A stretch of 64,000 nt of DNA from Klebsormidium nitens (taxonomy: Eukaryota > Plantae > Klebsormidiophyceae): positions 2,628 to 66,627 of the forward strand of contig DF237437.1 of the NCBI GenBank assembly GCA_000708835.1, given 5' to 3'. Made by a program: the position numbers and the translations under genes. How positions within the stretch are numbered: position 1 is the stretch's first letter; each line of letters begins with the position of its first letter. The notes below the pieces were generated by a model that was not told the origin of the DNA, made no database searches, and saw only the letters and a program-made list of their open reading frames with translations. Shown piece by piece: positions 1-12,157 of this stretch.

Positions 1-401
1 ATCGGAATGGTTCAGAATGTCGACATGATGATTACCGCACTGAGTCCGATTTTGCACAGGGCGCTGGTCCGAATCGGATTGCAATGCTGCCACTTCAACC
101 ATCGAGTCGAGACTCAGACTGAGTCTCGATGATGTGGATTGTCGACAGACTCTTAGGTAGTCCTGAGTCGTCTGTTGCTTTGAGAACCGAAGGTGTAACT
201 GTTGAAGTTTGTCCGCAACATTAGCGCACAATTTCCAAGACAAGCACTTCTTCAGGCGCAGATAAGAAACTTCAGATTCCACAGTTGTTAGCGCATTCCC
301 AATCCATCTCCTACCAACCTTGACTTTTGATTTTCTGCCCTTAACAATTCGCAGCACGTCACGCCACCCTTGCTGCTCAATCTGTAAAAGCTGCTGACAA
401 A

Positions 402-2481
402 ATGGCTCCCTCCCCTCTTGCTGTCCTGGCCGCTTTGGCGCTCCTGGTCATCGCCACCCCCTGCACAGCGCACTCTGAGAACGGAACCTTCTGGTGAGTC
501 CACTCGAATCTGCTCCTACCTGCTTTCACCAGCTTCTGCTGAGGAGTTGGAAGGAGAATTGGGATGCTTTGTGGAATTCTTTGTTTGAGCTGCTTTGCAG
601 ATGTCTTGGCTGGACTGAGCTCACTTACTGACTGGGAGTCCTGGTGCCAGCGCTGAGTAGTGGCGCAGTTGGATGTGTGTGTATGTTGGTGGCTGGCATG
701 ATCGCTGTCTGAGATTATCATCAGGTCTGTCCAGGTGGTACTTATCCTCCATGCTAAGTAGTGTGCACCACCCCTTTTTTGGCATCCCCGGCCCTTTGTA
801 TGTTCAGGTTTTAGACTCCACAACACCAGGCTTGCTGGCGCTCTACTCACAGTTTGGAATTTATCCAATTCAGGTTGTGCAACTTTGGCTTTTAGCTTCT
901 CTCTGTCGGTCTTGGACTTGTCAGTGCAGACTATCATGCCAATTTTTACCATCTGTAAGGGTACCGCATTGTCAATTAGCAGTGGGAATCTCAAAAGGGG
1001 GGAGGGGAGGGGGAGGGGCTGAGTTTGAGGTGGGAGGAGTGGTGGGGAGGGGGGGCGCCGCTATTGGCCAGTGCGCAACAATGGCTCTGGTTTGGGTGAG
1101 AACCATGGCGAAATTCCCCTTGTTTCGACACGATCTGCCACTTTTGGCTATCACCACCTGCTATCTAATCACATTGTTGCAGCCCAAAAGGACCCGATCA
1201 ACCAACCTTCCCCAGGCCCCCTCTCAAAGGCCCAGTATCCACCCGTTCTGACCCTTTTCCTTACCCTCTTCTTTGCACGGTGGTCGAACACCCAATTTCT
1301 TGTCCACTTTGTCCCCTCCCCGCCTGCGATGCTGACGGAGTGCAGCTGCTGGCACACGTCGCATCTGCAATCTTATCTCACATCAGCAAGGACCCAACCA
1401 CCCCCTCCTTACCAAAGCCCCCTGTTTGGGATGATCTTTCATCCACCGGTTCTGAACCTCCCCCTGCCTCTTCTTTGCAGGCTCGTTGCTGAGAACACCC
1501 AATCCCCTGGGGCCCGCAGCGCCGACTACCTCACCCTTCCCGCTGTTGCCAACGCCACGCGCATTGGCGACTACACTGCCTTCTCCCAGAACGTCTACGC
1601 TATCAACAAGACACTGGGTGACTTCACGCCCAGGTCCCGCGAGTTCTATGGCCACCTCACCGGGGTTAGCACCGTGGTTAACGGCCCGACCGCCAACACG
1701 ACCACCCTGTTCCAAGCCCAACTGACTATTGTCTTCCGGGAAGGGCACTACGCTGGGAGCACCATTGTTCTCTCGGGTAAGCTTTTGGCAGATGAGACTG
1801 GTCCCTGATCAAGGGAGTTTGTCTCTCAATGGAAACGTGTCCACTTTCTTTGAAGGCAGTCTGAGCCTTGCTGTTCATTTTCCCAGGCTGAAGGCCTGAT
1901 TTTGACTCGTCCTTCAAACAATTTTGTTCGTTGTGGATGACAGGTGCATGAGACGCTGCCAGGGCCTTTTCCATAAAAGCTATCAAGTGCATGTGATTGG
2001 AGCAGGCTGAAGACATCTGAACTCTGTTGGAAATGCATGCTGAACACAAGGGTCGTTGGCAAGTGACCGAACACCAGAGGGCCCCATTGCAAGAGTCCAA
2101 TAATGTATCTGGAGGTTGCCTGTCTTGCAAACTCACATCCTGCACTAGTGCTTGCCTTGTGAATGGCACCATTGGTCTACGTTTCACCATATACGGTAGC
2201 TCGTATGGTGAGCAGTCGATTGGTACCCGACCTGCCTCCTTTCGGAAGTTTTTCAGAATACACTCTACCCAGCTCTTCCTGGTTTCATAACGGTTACCTT
2301 CCATGCGCCTGCAGGTGTTTACTACACGTCTGACCTGACCCGGCGGTACTCCATCATTGGCGGATCGGACGATTTTAAGTACGTCCGGGGGGAAGCCACC
2401 GTGAACTCGACCGTGATCAACGGGCTCCCTGGGGCTGGGAATGAGTACTACCTCTACGTCAACTATGACGTCAAGCACTAA
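402..2481 (+). CDS. Secreted dirigent-like protein (~184 aa, 3 exons)
   Basis: Exons 402-493, 1481-1776 and 2315-2481 join in frame at GT-AG sites. The N-terminus MAPSPLAVLAALALLVIATPCTAHS is signal-peptide-like. The C-terminal YAGSTIVLSG...RYSIIGGSDDFKYVRGEATV resembles the dirigent motifs GSTLxxxG and RExxIVGGTGxFxxARG. Several N-X-S/T sequons are present (NGT, NAT, NKT, NTT, NST). Confidence 0.75.
997..1055 (+). other. G-quadruplex-forming G tract in dirigent intron 1
   Basis: G6-A-G4-A-G5-A-G4 at 997-1018, followed by further G runs up to 1055. Confidence 0.6.
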
Positions 2482-3985
2482 GTGGAGTCAGAAGTCGAAG
2501 AGGAGCTTGAGCGAAGTTCCTGCGTTGGTGACAGAGTACTTTTTGCAGGTGTTGGGTTAGCGCACGCAGTCAAAATCGGAAAGCTACTGAGAGATTAGCC
2601 GTCCCTAATGGTTTTTGAGACATCTTTCATTGGGGTGTGAGATGATTTGATCTGTGAGTTGGTAAAAATGACACCTGATTAGGTTCGTGGTTATGCTTCG
2701 AATTGCCAAAGACAGAGACGTTACTGTACTGAGCAACTGTCCCTCTCAAATGACACATTGAAAGTCTTATCATCCACAAATCGAGGACTTTTACTCGAAA
2801 GTTGAGCGACCTTGCAAGCACAGGAACTTCACAAACCGCGTCTTCTGGTATGCGTTGGAAGTAACATGCATCACGGCAAAAAAATAAAGAAGCTGCATGG
2901 AACAAATGGATTCTTGTGCCTCCAGCGTGTACAATGTCTGGAGATCAGCCTCAATAGCACTGAGATTGATGTGCGCGCCACAATGATGACTGGCGCTTAT
3001 TTTTCTCAGCTGGGGCCTTGCCACGCGGCACTCCTAGGTATATCATGAAATGAATCGGGTTCTGGATCATGCAGTGATCATGAACATGGCATGAGGGTGA
3101 CCATCAAGTTTGATTTGAAATTGCGTAGTTGACGTCAAACTTAAAAGTTGGCTTAGTGGTCAAGTACACAATCGATCGTACAGGACTGTGAATTGTGAAT
3201 GCATACAGTTCGACGCAGTAATGAAACATGTGTGACAGACGAAATTGTCTTGCGAGCAGACATGACAGCCTCGATCAGCGCATGATCTCAAACTTATCGA
3301 CCATATCTAAGGCCGCCAAATGTTCTCAATGCATGCCAGCGCCTAACATTAGTAGAGAAGACTTCGAGCCTGCTGAACGGAGACTTCTCATGGAATGGGA
3401 GCCTGATATTGCAAGAGCGTGACAGTCCTTCAATATACTGCACAGCATTGCATTCTGGCCTTGCATTCTGGCCGGTGGAACCGTTTGATGTAGCTCTGCA
3501 GTGCACATGACTGGAAGTTACAACGGTAGTCGGAAGTAAGCCTGTGCGCACTGCAGCGGCGTGTGCTCCAAGAGCATCATTCATTGCAGTTCAGTCAAGC
3601 TATGAATCATTGAGGATTCTTCGAACCTCGCCGAACCCTGTGCAATCCATGTACGATGCTCCATGTAAGCGCCTACCTACAGCTCATTGTGGATAAGGGG
3701 CGTTCTGAAAGCTGATGACATCTTCTTCATGGATTCCCGCATTCAATTGTTAAGACCTTGCATAATCGACCTCGTTGACCTAGCAAGTCCGATCGATCTG
3801 GCAACCTCAACTTCAAGATCCTTGATTTCGGGCATGACAGCCCCGCCGCGTGTCCGCAACCTTCATTTAGCAATGGCAATGATCCAACGTGCCTTTACGT
3901 CTCCGTGCGTGCCACTACTGACACTACCTGACTTTGAACAGAAGCATCAACATGAATCTCTACCTGTATCGGTCCTGTAAGTCTA

Positions 3986-5161
3986 TCAAGAGGCATAAAT
4001 GGGTGGGGGTGGCATCGGCACCGCAATACTCCTGGGGCAGGACACCCTTCGTCGTTTCCAGATTGGGGGAGAATCTTTTGGGGGGTCAAACACCCCCTCC
4101 GCCGGCGACCGCAGGCCTATGTTCAGCTGCGACAGACCCGGAAGCAACCCCTCTGCCGACCCCGAGCTTTGCCGCCTCACGCCCTCCCCCGACTTCCTCC
4201 GCATTTTGGGCAGCCCGTGACTGTGCGCGCTCAAAATCAGAACCGGGGTATCCACCCCATCGTTCAACCGCTTCAGATACTTCCCCCCGGGGCTTTGGAT
4301 CGCCACTGGAGACGCCACCCGCTTCAGCGTCCCGGGGCGCTTGATCCTCCCCAGTTCACCCCCCGCAACCGGCTCACTTTTCTGCCCCCCCTGCGCAAAG
4401 CTGGACAGATTTACCGTGCTCTTGCACCGCTGCAGGGGGGCAGCTCCGCCCCTGGGCTTCTCTTCCAAAACACCAAAGACCTCTCGCCGCGCACCCCCCC
4501 CAGGCGCCGCCTTCCGCGGCTGCATTACTAGCCCCCCAGCGAAGGACAGGGGTTCCCGGTTTTCGTCGGGGCTGCCGTTTTTGGAGGGGGGATAGACAAA
4601 GGGCAAGACTGTGGGGATCTTGCTGATCGGCTCTACTGGGCACGACTGGAATGCCTTCATCACTGGCCGGCCCGGGAAAACTAGTTTCCGACGCACAATC
4701 GTCTCTTTGGGCGCCATGCTCGAGGAAGCAGTTTCCCAGTCACCCCCCCCGCCTTGTTCAACATCGAGAAACTTCTGAGGGCACTGGCCCTGCTCAACCC
4801 CCACCGCCTTCTTGCTGTAGTATCTGCCGTCAACGTCGCATTCTGCGATCTCCTTGCCCCCCCGTTTTGGAGACGCCACGACTTTCTTCTCCGCCCCAAA
4901 CCAGCTAGCAAACGATCGGGGCCGCGACTTCTTGCTTGTTTCGGAGTTTCTTTTCTTCAAAGCTTTCTCTACAGAACAGCCACCTTGGTGAGAGGCCAAT
5001 GGAACGCTCTCGCAGTTGCACCCAGATGAGCCAGGTGGCGGGTTGTGGTTGGCTGCGGGGGAGGTAGCGTCCCAGCCCCTAGGCAGGAGGGCTTGGAAGG
5101 GGGGGGAGGGTTCAGCCTGGGTGCGGCCAACTCGGACGCGGCCCGGGAAAAACCGTTTCAT
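3986..5161 (-). CDS. Hypothetical low-complexity protein (391-aa uninterrupted ORF)
   Basis: Long stop-free ORF with a real ATG at 5161 in a GC-rich, exon-like stretch. No recognisable domain. A CTGCAG acceptor 16 nt upstream of the ATG suggests upstream UTR or coding exons. Confidence 0.55.
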   Translation of the reverse strand: MKRFFPGRVRVGRTQAEPSPPFQALLPRGWDATSPAANHNPPPGSSGCNCESVPLASHQGGCSVEKALKKRNSETSKKSRPRSFASWFGAEKKVVASPKRGGKEIAECDVDGRYYSKKAVGVEQGQCPQKFLDVEQGGGGDWETASSSMAPKETIVRRKLVFPGRPVMKAFQSCPVEPISKIPTVLPFVYPPSKNGSPDENREPLSFAGGLVMQPRKAAPGGGARREVFGVLEEKPRGGAAPLQRCKSTVNLSSFAQGGQKSEPVAGGELGRIKRPGTLKRVASPVAIQSPGGKYLKRLNDGVDTPVLILSAHSHGLPKMRRKSGEGVRRQSSGSAEGLLPGLSQLNIGLRSPAEGVFDPPKDSPPIWKRRRVSCPRSIAVPMPPPPIYAS

Positions 5162-7422
5162 GGTTGAGGGTTGTAATCTGCAGGCCAGGGGGGCGAGGAG
5201 TTTAGTACAGTGCCATCAGTTGCATGATCGCAATTGCTGCCTGAGGGTTTCCAACACTTCCAGAACAAACGTTTGTTGCAATGCAATCTGATTGAAGCAG
5301 GAACATCAAAGTGCTTCTCATCCCCAGGACTTTTGAAACAGGCAAGGACTTGGGTACAACGTCAAAACATGTCTGCCAAAGTGAGATGAAGAAGGTTTCA
5401 GAAGCATATCTTTCCGGACCTCTCTCTTGGGTTAATACAAAACCTTGAATTATGTAAGTGATCAAAGAACTCCTGTGGATCTGTCAGTATTTAACTTGCA
5501 TGTAAGCACTCAGTCAATCAGTCTCTAGAACAAGTTGAACTAATGTAGGCAGGTCAATTTATTCCTAAACAACTTAGAACTAGACTTTAAACTTTAAGCC
5601 AGAGTACTAACATTAATTGTCATGAATGTTGCATCAAGAGCAGCGCTTAGTTTCTCATTTATACTTAACAACCACCAATCCAAGTTGAGGCCTGGATAAT
5701 GACAGAGGCTCGCTCTTCCCCCTGTAGGAAGTACATGCGTACCACCAAAGACTAGAGAATTAACGACGTCCTTGACAGTTATGCGAGCTTTAGAGACAGT
5801 CGCAGCAATTGTAAACAACCTCCTGATTCCCATATGTACTCAAGGTACCGGAGTTGTTCCAGCACCAACAAAGACCAACTAGACTTTCGAAATGAGAATC
5901 AGCCAGCAACAAGAAACTCTCACCTGCTTGTGCTCATGCAGAAGTGCTTAGGTCCAGGAGGAGCTGGCACTAGCACACAGAGCTTCACCACCCAAACCTG
6001 CTGCCTAATCTGGAGAACTGAACTTCAGCTCAAGGGCAGCTCAAAGCATAGCAGATCCAGGCTTTTCAACCCCCGCCTTCCGCCTTGCTCTTTCAGCTCC
6101 TCCGTTCAGAGGTCTGCTAGGAACACAAGCTTTTGAGTTTCAAAAACCTTAATGTCCCAGGGCAATTGCAACCCCCAGGCAAACACCTGATAATGTGGAA
6201 TGCTGCTCCGGAGGAGTCTCTACAGAGCGCCACTCCCCTTCTCCTGTCTCTGCATATGCGCCGCGGCAGCTGCAACTTGCACTTTGCTCAGCTTTTGGTG
6301 ACCCACAGCTGAAAAGGGAACACCCAAAAGCTTTGCAGGATGGTGGACCGCCCCAGTTTCCGAGTGACTTCCCTGCGCAAACTTCGGCCCGGGTCTCAGG
6401 GAGTCTGTCCGTACAACGTGCACCCTGAACGCTGGCGTCATCAACGGGCAGAAAACCCACGGGACGTGACGTGTCGATGTCCACGTGCGAACGTGCAGGC
6501 ATTTGGATCTACCAGTACCGTCAGATGAATGCCTCGCTTGCTTAGGTCCGTCGATAAGTTGGAATACAAGGGAGGCCGGCCGAACGCAGGTTTTGAGTTC
6601 GCCGTTGAAGCTGGCAGCCAATAAGACTGAGAAACCGTCTGCATGATATCTGCGGAAAGTTCAACTTTCATCTTGGCCTCGGAGAGTCGGAGTACGGTAC
6701 ACCAATGATACCATACTGCTCGTTTCAGTGAGGCTTCATGCAGATCATTTGCGTCCAGAATGGGGAGGCCCCTACTGTAGTTGCAGCACCGGCCGCCTCG
6801 TTCGTTAGGGGACAATATATATCATTACGCTCATGCGCGACCGTGGCGGCAGACGTGTCGAGCTCACTGACCCGAACTCACATGCTCTCAACCGCATCCT
6901 TGAGATTGCTTAACTTATGCATGAACCGCTGAGTAATCTGAATCGGGTGTACTGAATGAATGAATTATCGCTGTTCAATGCAGCTCTAGATTCCCTAATT
7001 TGTGCGGAAGCGGATCATATGACTGAGCACTTCCACGCATGCAATTACTATGGATCATATTGAACCATTGCAATGCTCATGTCCTGCATTGTTCGGCGGG
7101 TATGGGGCTGGCACATGATGGCCTGGTGGTACCTTTAAACGGTCGCCGGCAAAACCCGTATAGTGCAATATATGCATGCAATGCATGGACACAATATCTC
7201 AATAGCTTGTCAACCAGATAATCGACAGGCTTGTATTGCACCATGCCTTGCACAAGCTCTACCATGTATCCACATGCAGATTATATAAGATATACGAAAT
7301 TCCATCAAGTAGAAGCGCTTACCCCCTCAAACACATACCAAAATCCGCATACCATCCGATGAAAGGGACACGAAATTGAGAGACAGATTTCGGTTATGTT
7401 CAAGATGCTCAAAGGGTTCCGC

Positions 7423-10400
7423 TTAGAACACCAGCTCGTGGGGCTTGACACCAGACGTTAGTGAGAAGCGCGCACTAAGGTAGCTCTTCAAGTCGGCCAC
7501 CTTCTCAATGGCGGGTAGCAGGGCCTCGTCCACCTTCTTCTGCGCGTCAATCTTCTCCTGGGACACCTCCTCCTTCTCCTGTGAAGTGAAGTCATACAAG
7601 TCAAAAGCAGGGACAATTGAGGAAAGTCGACACAGTTTCAGGGCGCTCTCAGATGAAGTATAGGCACCAGCGGACGCTTCAAAGCCACCAGATTCCCACT
7701 GAGAACCAGAAGGCAGCAGTCACAGATCAGCGAACGCTGATGAAGAAACAATGGAATCTTTCTCTAACACTGCCCGTGCCGCCACGCCGCTGTCCTATGT
7801 AAATGCCCTTTCTGCTTTTTGTAAGGCCTCAACTACGCGAAGATGTCAAACATCCTGCCCTGCTCAATTCCTCGTTCTAAACTGCAATGTCCCGACAACG
7901 TCCCTCCACAGATGTTGCGTATCAACTCAGATTGTTGCCAATATAAGAAGCTCGATGTCTTTTCCAACTGTAATTGTTGATCAGACGAAGCACAGCTTAA
8001 AAACCATTCAAACGAGCAGCTTTCTTCAAACGAGCAGGAAAGCTGAATATACTCAAGAATCACAATATGAAATGCGGGGGTTTTCATGTGCAGCGCTGAC
8101 CTCCTTGTCTTCCGTGAAGAACTCGCTCTCGCCCTTCTTGGCAGCCTTCTTCGCCTTCTTGAAGAAGTCGTCCGCGATCTTGCCAACGTCCGCCTTGCTG
8201 ACGTCAACCTTGGTCGACGTGGCAATGACGTACGCCTGGTTCACCCGCCGCAGGGGCACGCCGTTCACCTTGAACGGACCTGCAGCAAAAGCGGAAACCA
8301 CTTCATACAAATCAAACCGTTCTGGGCATCTTGAAAGACCTGCAGCACAAGCAGCAAAACCTTCTATCTCGAACAAACGAACCACTTGGGCCCCTTGAAA
8401 GGGGCAAAATGGTCTTGTACTCGTCATGGAAATCAGCATCCTCTCTATGGAGCAGTAGCGGGCCCCCCAGGCAAACAAAGTACCTCGGATATTAATCTCA
8501 AAAAACCAAGGTCTTCTCTGCACTGCTTCTTATATGACACGGAACCTCCTACAGTGCAATCGTCCATCGAACGACTAAAGCTCAACCCTTCTTGACCAAT
8601 TCGCGGTTCTTCTTTGGAGCAGGTCTTGGGAACCCTTCGATTGGAACAACGCTCTTCTGCATCTCTTTCAGAAAGAACAGCACCAAGCTCCTTGTCACCA
8701 ATCACTGAACAACTGTGGTGCAATTCCAACTGGTCAATCCTACTTAAGTCATACCAGTCTTGAGTAACCCATCAAATTCACGCTTACCAGTAACCAGAAG
8801 CAGCCCTGACGTGAGCTGCTTCAGGAACACCACACGCTTGCCCTTGAAGCGACCGGCCAACAGAATCAGGACAGTGCCAGGGGTGATGGAGGCTCTGCAG
8901 ATCAGAATATTGAAATGCTTCAAGTGTTTGCTGAATGGAAAGGATATTGGGTTCGTTGTTGTGTGCTAAGCTCGTTGTAGTCCACTAGAAAGAGCACGGC
9001 GCCTGGAAAACCAAAGTCGCTGGGCTGGCACTGCCTATGATTGCTCAGACCTCTGAGCAGCTTTCAAACAACTCCCTCAGAAAAAGGGACCGCGAAAAGG
9101 AACCGCAGTCCCACAGCCAATCAGCGAACCTGTCAACAAGCCCCCACAAACCCCGTGCGACGGCCTTAGCCAACGTTTGCTCACAACATTTGGAGCCTCC
9201 CCATGTAGGCCTTGGTCCTTGCACTGGCGAACGTGCCAGAATGGCCATCGAACCTGGTCTATGCTCGAGGGGGGGGGGGGATCAGAACAAAATCTTCTTT
9301 GTGCCCGCACCTAAGCTTGGTCTGCTTCTTGATGATCCGCGAGGCCAGCGGCTTCTTCACGTCCTCTGCCGGGTAGAACCGGGGCTCCTTCTTGGCAGCC
9401 TCGGCCTTCTTCACCGTCTTCTCGTGCGTTGGGAACTTGCCGCCGTGCTTCTTCTTGATGGCCCACAGACCCCTCCGGTGGTAGGACGCCGACCGCGAGT
9501 CCTTGCTGATGCCGCCAGCCAGCAGGCGCGGCTTGGGAGCCGACTTGGCTGCCTTGGCCTGGGGGAAAGGATACTCAGCTTGAGATCACGTCATGAGTAT
9601 ATTTGTGAGTCTGGAACTAATAACTGTGAATGACCAAAAAACTGCGCACCCTCTTTGGTCAACAGCTGGAGAGGCCGGAGCATAAAGACCGACTTGCACT
9701 ACACCCACAGCTTGAAAGTGGTGAAACATACTTGTCTGATTCAGGCTTCCTTGAAACTGAACGGAACAATCTGCCCACTGCTAAGAAAGAGAATGTCTTC
9801 AAAGGATCCAAAGCAAAGAAACCTTTCGAGAGGGCATTCTTCAATTTGCAGCGGGCTGACTGAATCTAGTCACGAAACTGCACACTCCCGCTTGCCAACA
9901 GTTTGAGAGGGGCGCAAGAGGACTGCGTGACGAATATCTATGGCAAAAAGGAGTCTCTAATAGCAGCCATACGGTAGTTGTTGCTGCTAAACAGCCGGAA
10001 ACCACACATGATTCCTCAATCCTTGGGTCTGCCCCCGTTTCCATTCCTCAAACACTGTCCATCTTGATCAGCCTGAGTAACTGCCCTAATTGGATGCCTT
10101 CCGCCAGCGACTCCCACATCATTCAAATCTCATGGGCATCGAGATGGCTCCAACCGTTCATTGTGCTGTGGATGAGCCTCCGTTTAAAGACACCTCTAGG
10201 CCTTCTGTCAATCCGCTTTCCAAGTGCTAGAACCTGTCCCATCCGAATCAAAAAGACCACACTTGAGGTGCAATAGCCAGTGCCTGCAATCGGCTGACGG
10301 CATCCCTTGCTGCGACTATAAACCCTGGCGCACTGGATAAACTGACAACTACAAAGCGGTGCAAGACACATCAAGAGCGCCCTGGAATTTGAAGTACCAT

Positions 10401-11092
10401 ATTGGACGGATGCATGTCCGTATGCTCTGGCAGGTCCCCGAATCAAGGCCGCTTGAACCAGCTGCTCAAACTTTCAGAAGGACTTAGGCCAACAACCAGC
10501 CAATTGGTGCTCGACACTACTGCACTGCCCCAAAACAGGCTGCTCTTGTAGAAGCACGCCCCCCCTTGGGGGCTGCCAGTGTCCATCGAAAGCGAAATGT
10601 GGATCTCTCCCTGGCCAACAGAACGGACCGACAAAGATTTCTCCTTGCTATAACCTTCCAACCGGAGGCCTTGAAATCATCGTTCATGATCACGAAACCA
10701 TTACCACTGTTTCCAGAACAAGCTGACCCAAGTTTGGAAAGACGACAGTTCCCTCAACTTAGAAAACCTTCCCGCAATCCACCATTACCACACAGCCGCG
10801 GGCTCAACTAGGCCCCAGCAGAATACCCAAGCCTTGCTCCTGCTTCACCGTACGGCCATGGTAACGGCTTCCATATCAGTACGTATTCAGAATCCCTGCA
10901 ACTGCCCTCGCAACAATCTCCCTGCTAAACCAACGGTAGAACAATCACCGCCACACCCCTTCTTCGGACTGCCTGGCTCCTCACCTTAGGCTTTGCTGCT
11001 GCGACAGCCTTGGACGCCTCCGCCTTGGGGGCAGCCTTGGCCGGGGCAGCCTTGGCCGGGGCGGCCTTGGCGGCTTCCTTCTTGGGGGCCAT
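7423..11092 (-). CDS. RPL6: 60S ribosomal protein L6 (eL6), ~265 aa, 5 exons
   Basis: Exons 10985-11092, 9311-9558, 8788-8894, 8101-8279 and 7423-7578 join in frame. Motifs [73 protein letters not shown] and C-terminal KPHELVF are present. Confidence 0.97.
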
Positions 11093-11373
11093 GCTTTCCA
11101 CCTCCTTGGTGCAGCCCTAGAGACGAGCGCTAGCCGTGCTGCGCGCTTCTCAAGCAGGCTAGAAAGAGGACGAGGTGCTCGCGTTTCAGGCAGCAAGAAG
11201 GAGACTCCTCTGCAGCGACCGCTGCCCAGAGTGCTTTCTTCGGTGAAAGCAAGTGCTGAAGCAATGTGTTGCTGCAGAGGATGCCAATGTAGAGGTTTGA
11301 CACTAAAGCAAGTTCCTTCGGACTATTTTGGTTACATCACGAAATAGTGTCAGTACCTTCTGGAGGAAGATGG

Positions 11374-11382
11374 AACCCTAAA
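11374..11382. promoter_or_regulatory. Telo-box-like motif upstream of RPL6
   Basis: AACCCTAAA about 280 bp upstream of the RPL6 ATG. Telo-boxes (AAACCCTAA) are typical of plant ribosomal protein promoters. This copy has one mismatch. Confidence 0.35.
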
Positions 11383-11452
11383 CTTTCCTCTGGAGCGCCT
11401 CCGGCTCCAGCGCTACGTATGTTCAGCTCCCCATGCATGGCATTGTGTTTCG

Positions 11453-11480
11453 AAAAGTGAGCTCGATCGAGCTCACTTTT
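11453..11480. repeat. Perfect 28-bp palindrome in the divergent RPL6/ACS-like intergenic region
   Basis: AAAAGTGAGCTCGA|TCGAGCTCACTTTT. Confidence 0.9.
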
Positions 11481-12157
11481 TTGCAGGGCGCGTCCTCCAT
11501 GATCAATTTCGACCTACGACGCTGCTGTCAAGAGCTAACATCCCAGGAAAGGCTGCATTGAAACGTCGCCAGACTGGAAGGTGGGTGCAGTGGTGCGCGC
11601 CTTTGGTTTTAATGCAGAAAAAGGTCACAGGGCTTGCAATCACATAAGCATAAGTTGGACCTGTGTGATTCTTGACGTACGCTTACTGTGGGTTGCACCG
11701 CGTGCACGTCATGCATAGGTGCCTCATAGGTGCATCTTTGAAAAGACCTTGCACCAGTGCCATTGGTATGCCATAACGAATATTCTCGCCAATTGAATAA
11801 GCATACCTTCCTCTTTTGTGCAGGGCTTCTTTGATTGCACTGGTGGCGCTCTAGATCATGCTAGAAAGTGCATAAGTGGAATTGGACAATTGGTCAAAGT
11901 AGCAGATGCAGTGCAAAGTAGCTTATTCTGGCCTCTCTGCTCTTAGCACTCGCTTGAATCTCCACACCACTCGCTCTATCTCTAAACAAAGCTCTTCCAA
12001 TGCCTGCCACTGCACAAATGTCGAGTCCCCTTTACACAAACACCGCATAAGACTCAGATCATTGTCTCGTGACGGCGTATCTCTCGCCTGGTGTCTTGAC
12101 AACCTTCGAAGTTACCCACTCAATGCTGGTCAAAAACTCCACCTTGTGAAAGGCACC

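Noticed and set aside
1726-2478. 250-aa minus-strand ORF
   Set aside because: It is antisense to dirigent exons 2-3 and intron 2, with no recognisable product.
7579-10984. Intronic box C/D snoRNAs in RPL6 introns
   Set aside because: No convincing RTGATGA...CTGA pair with terminal stems was found by eye on the sense strand.
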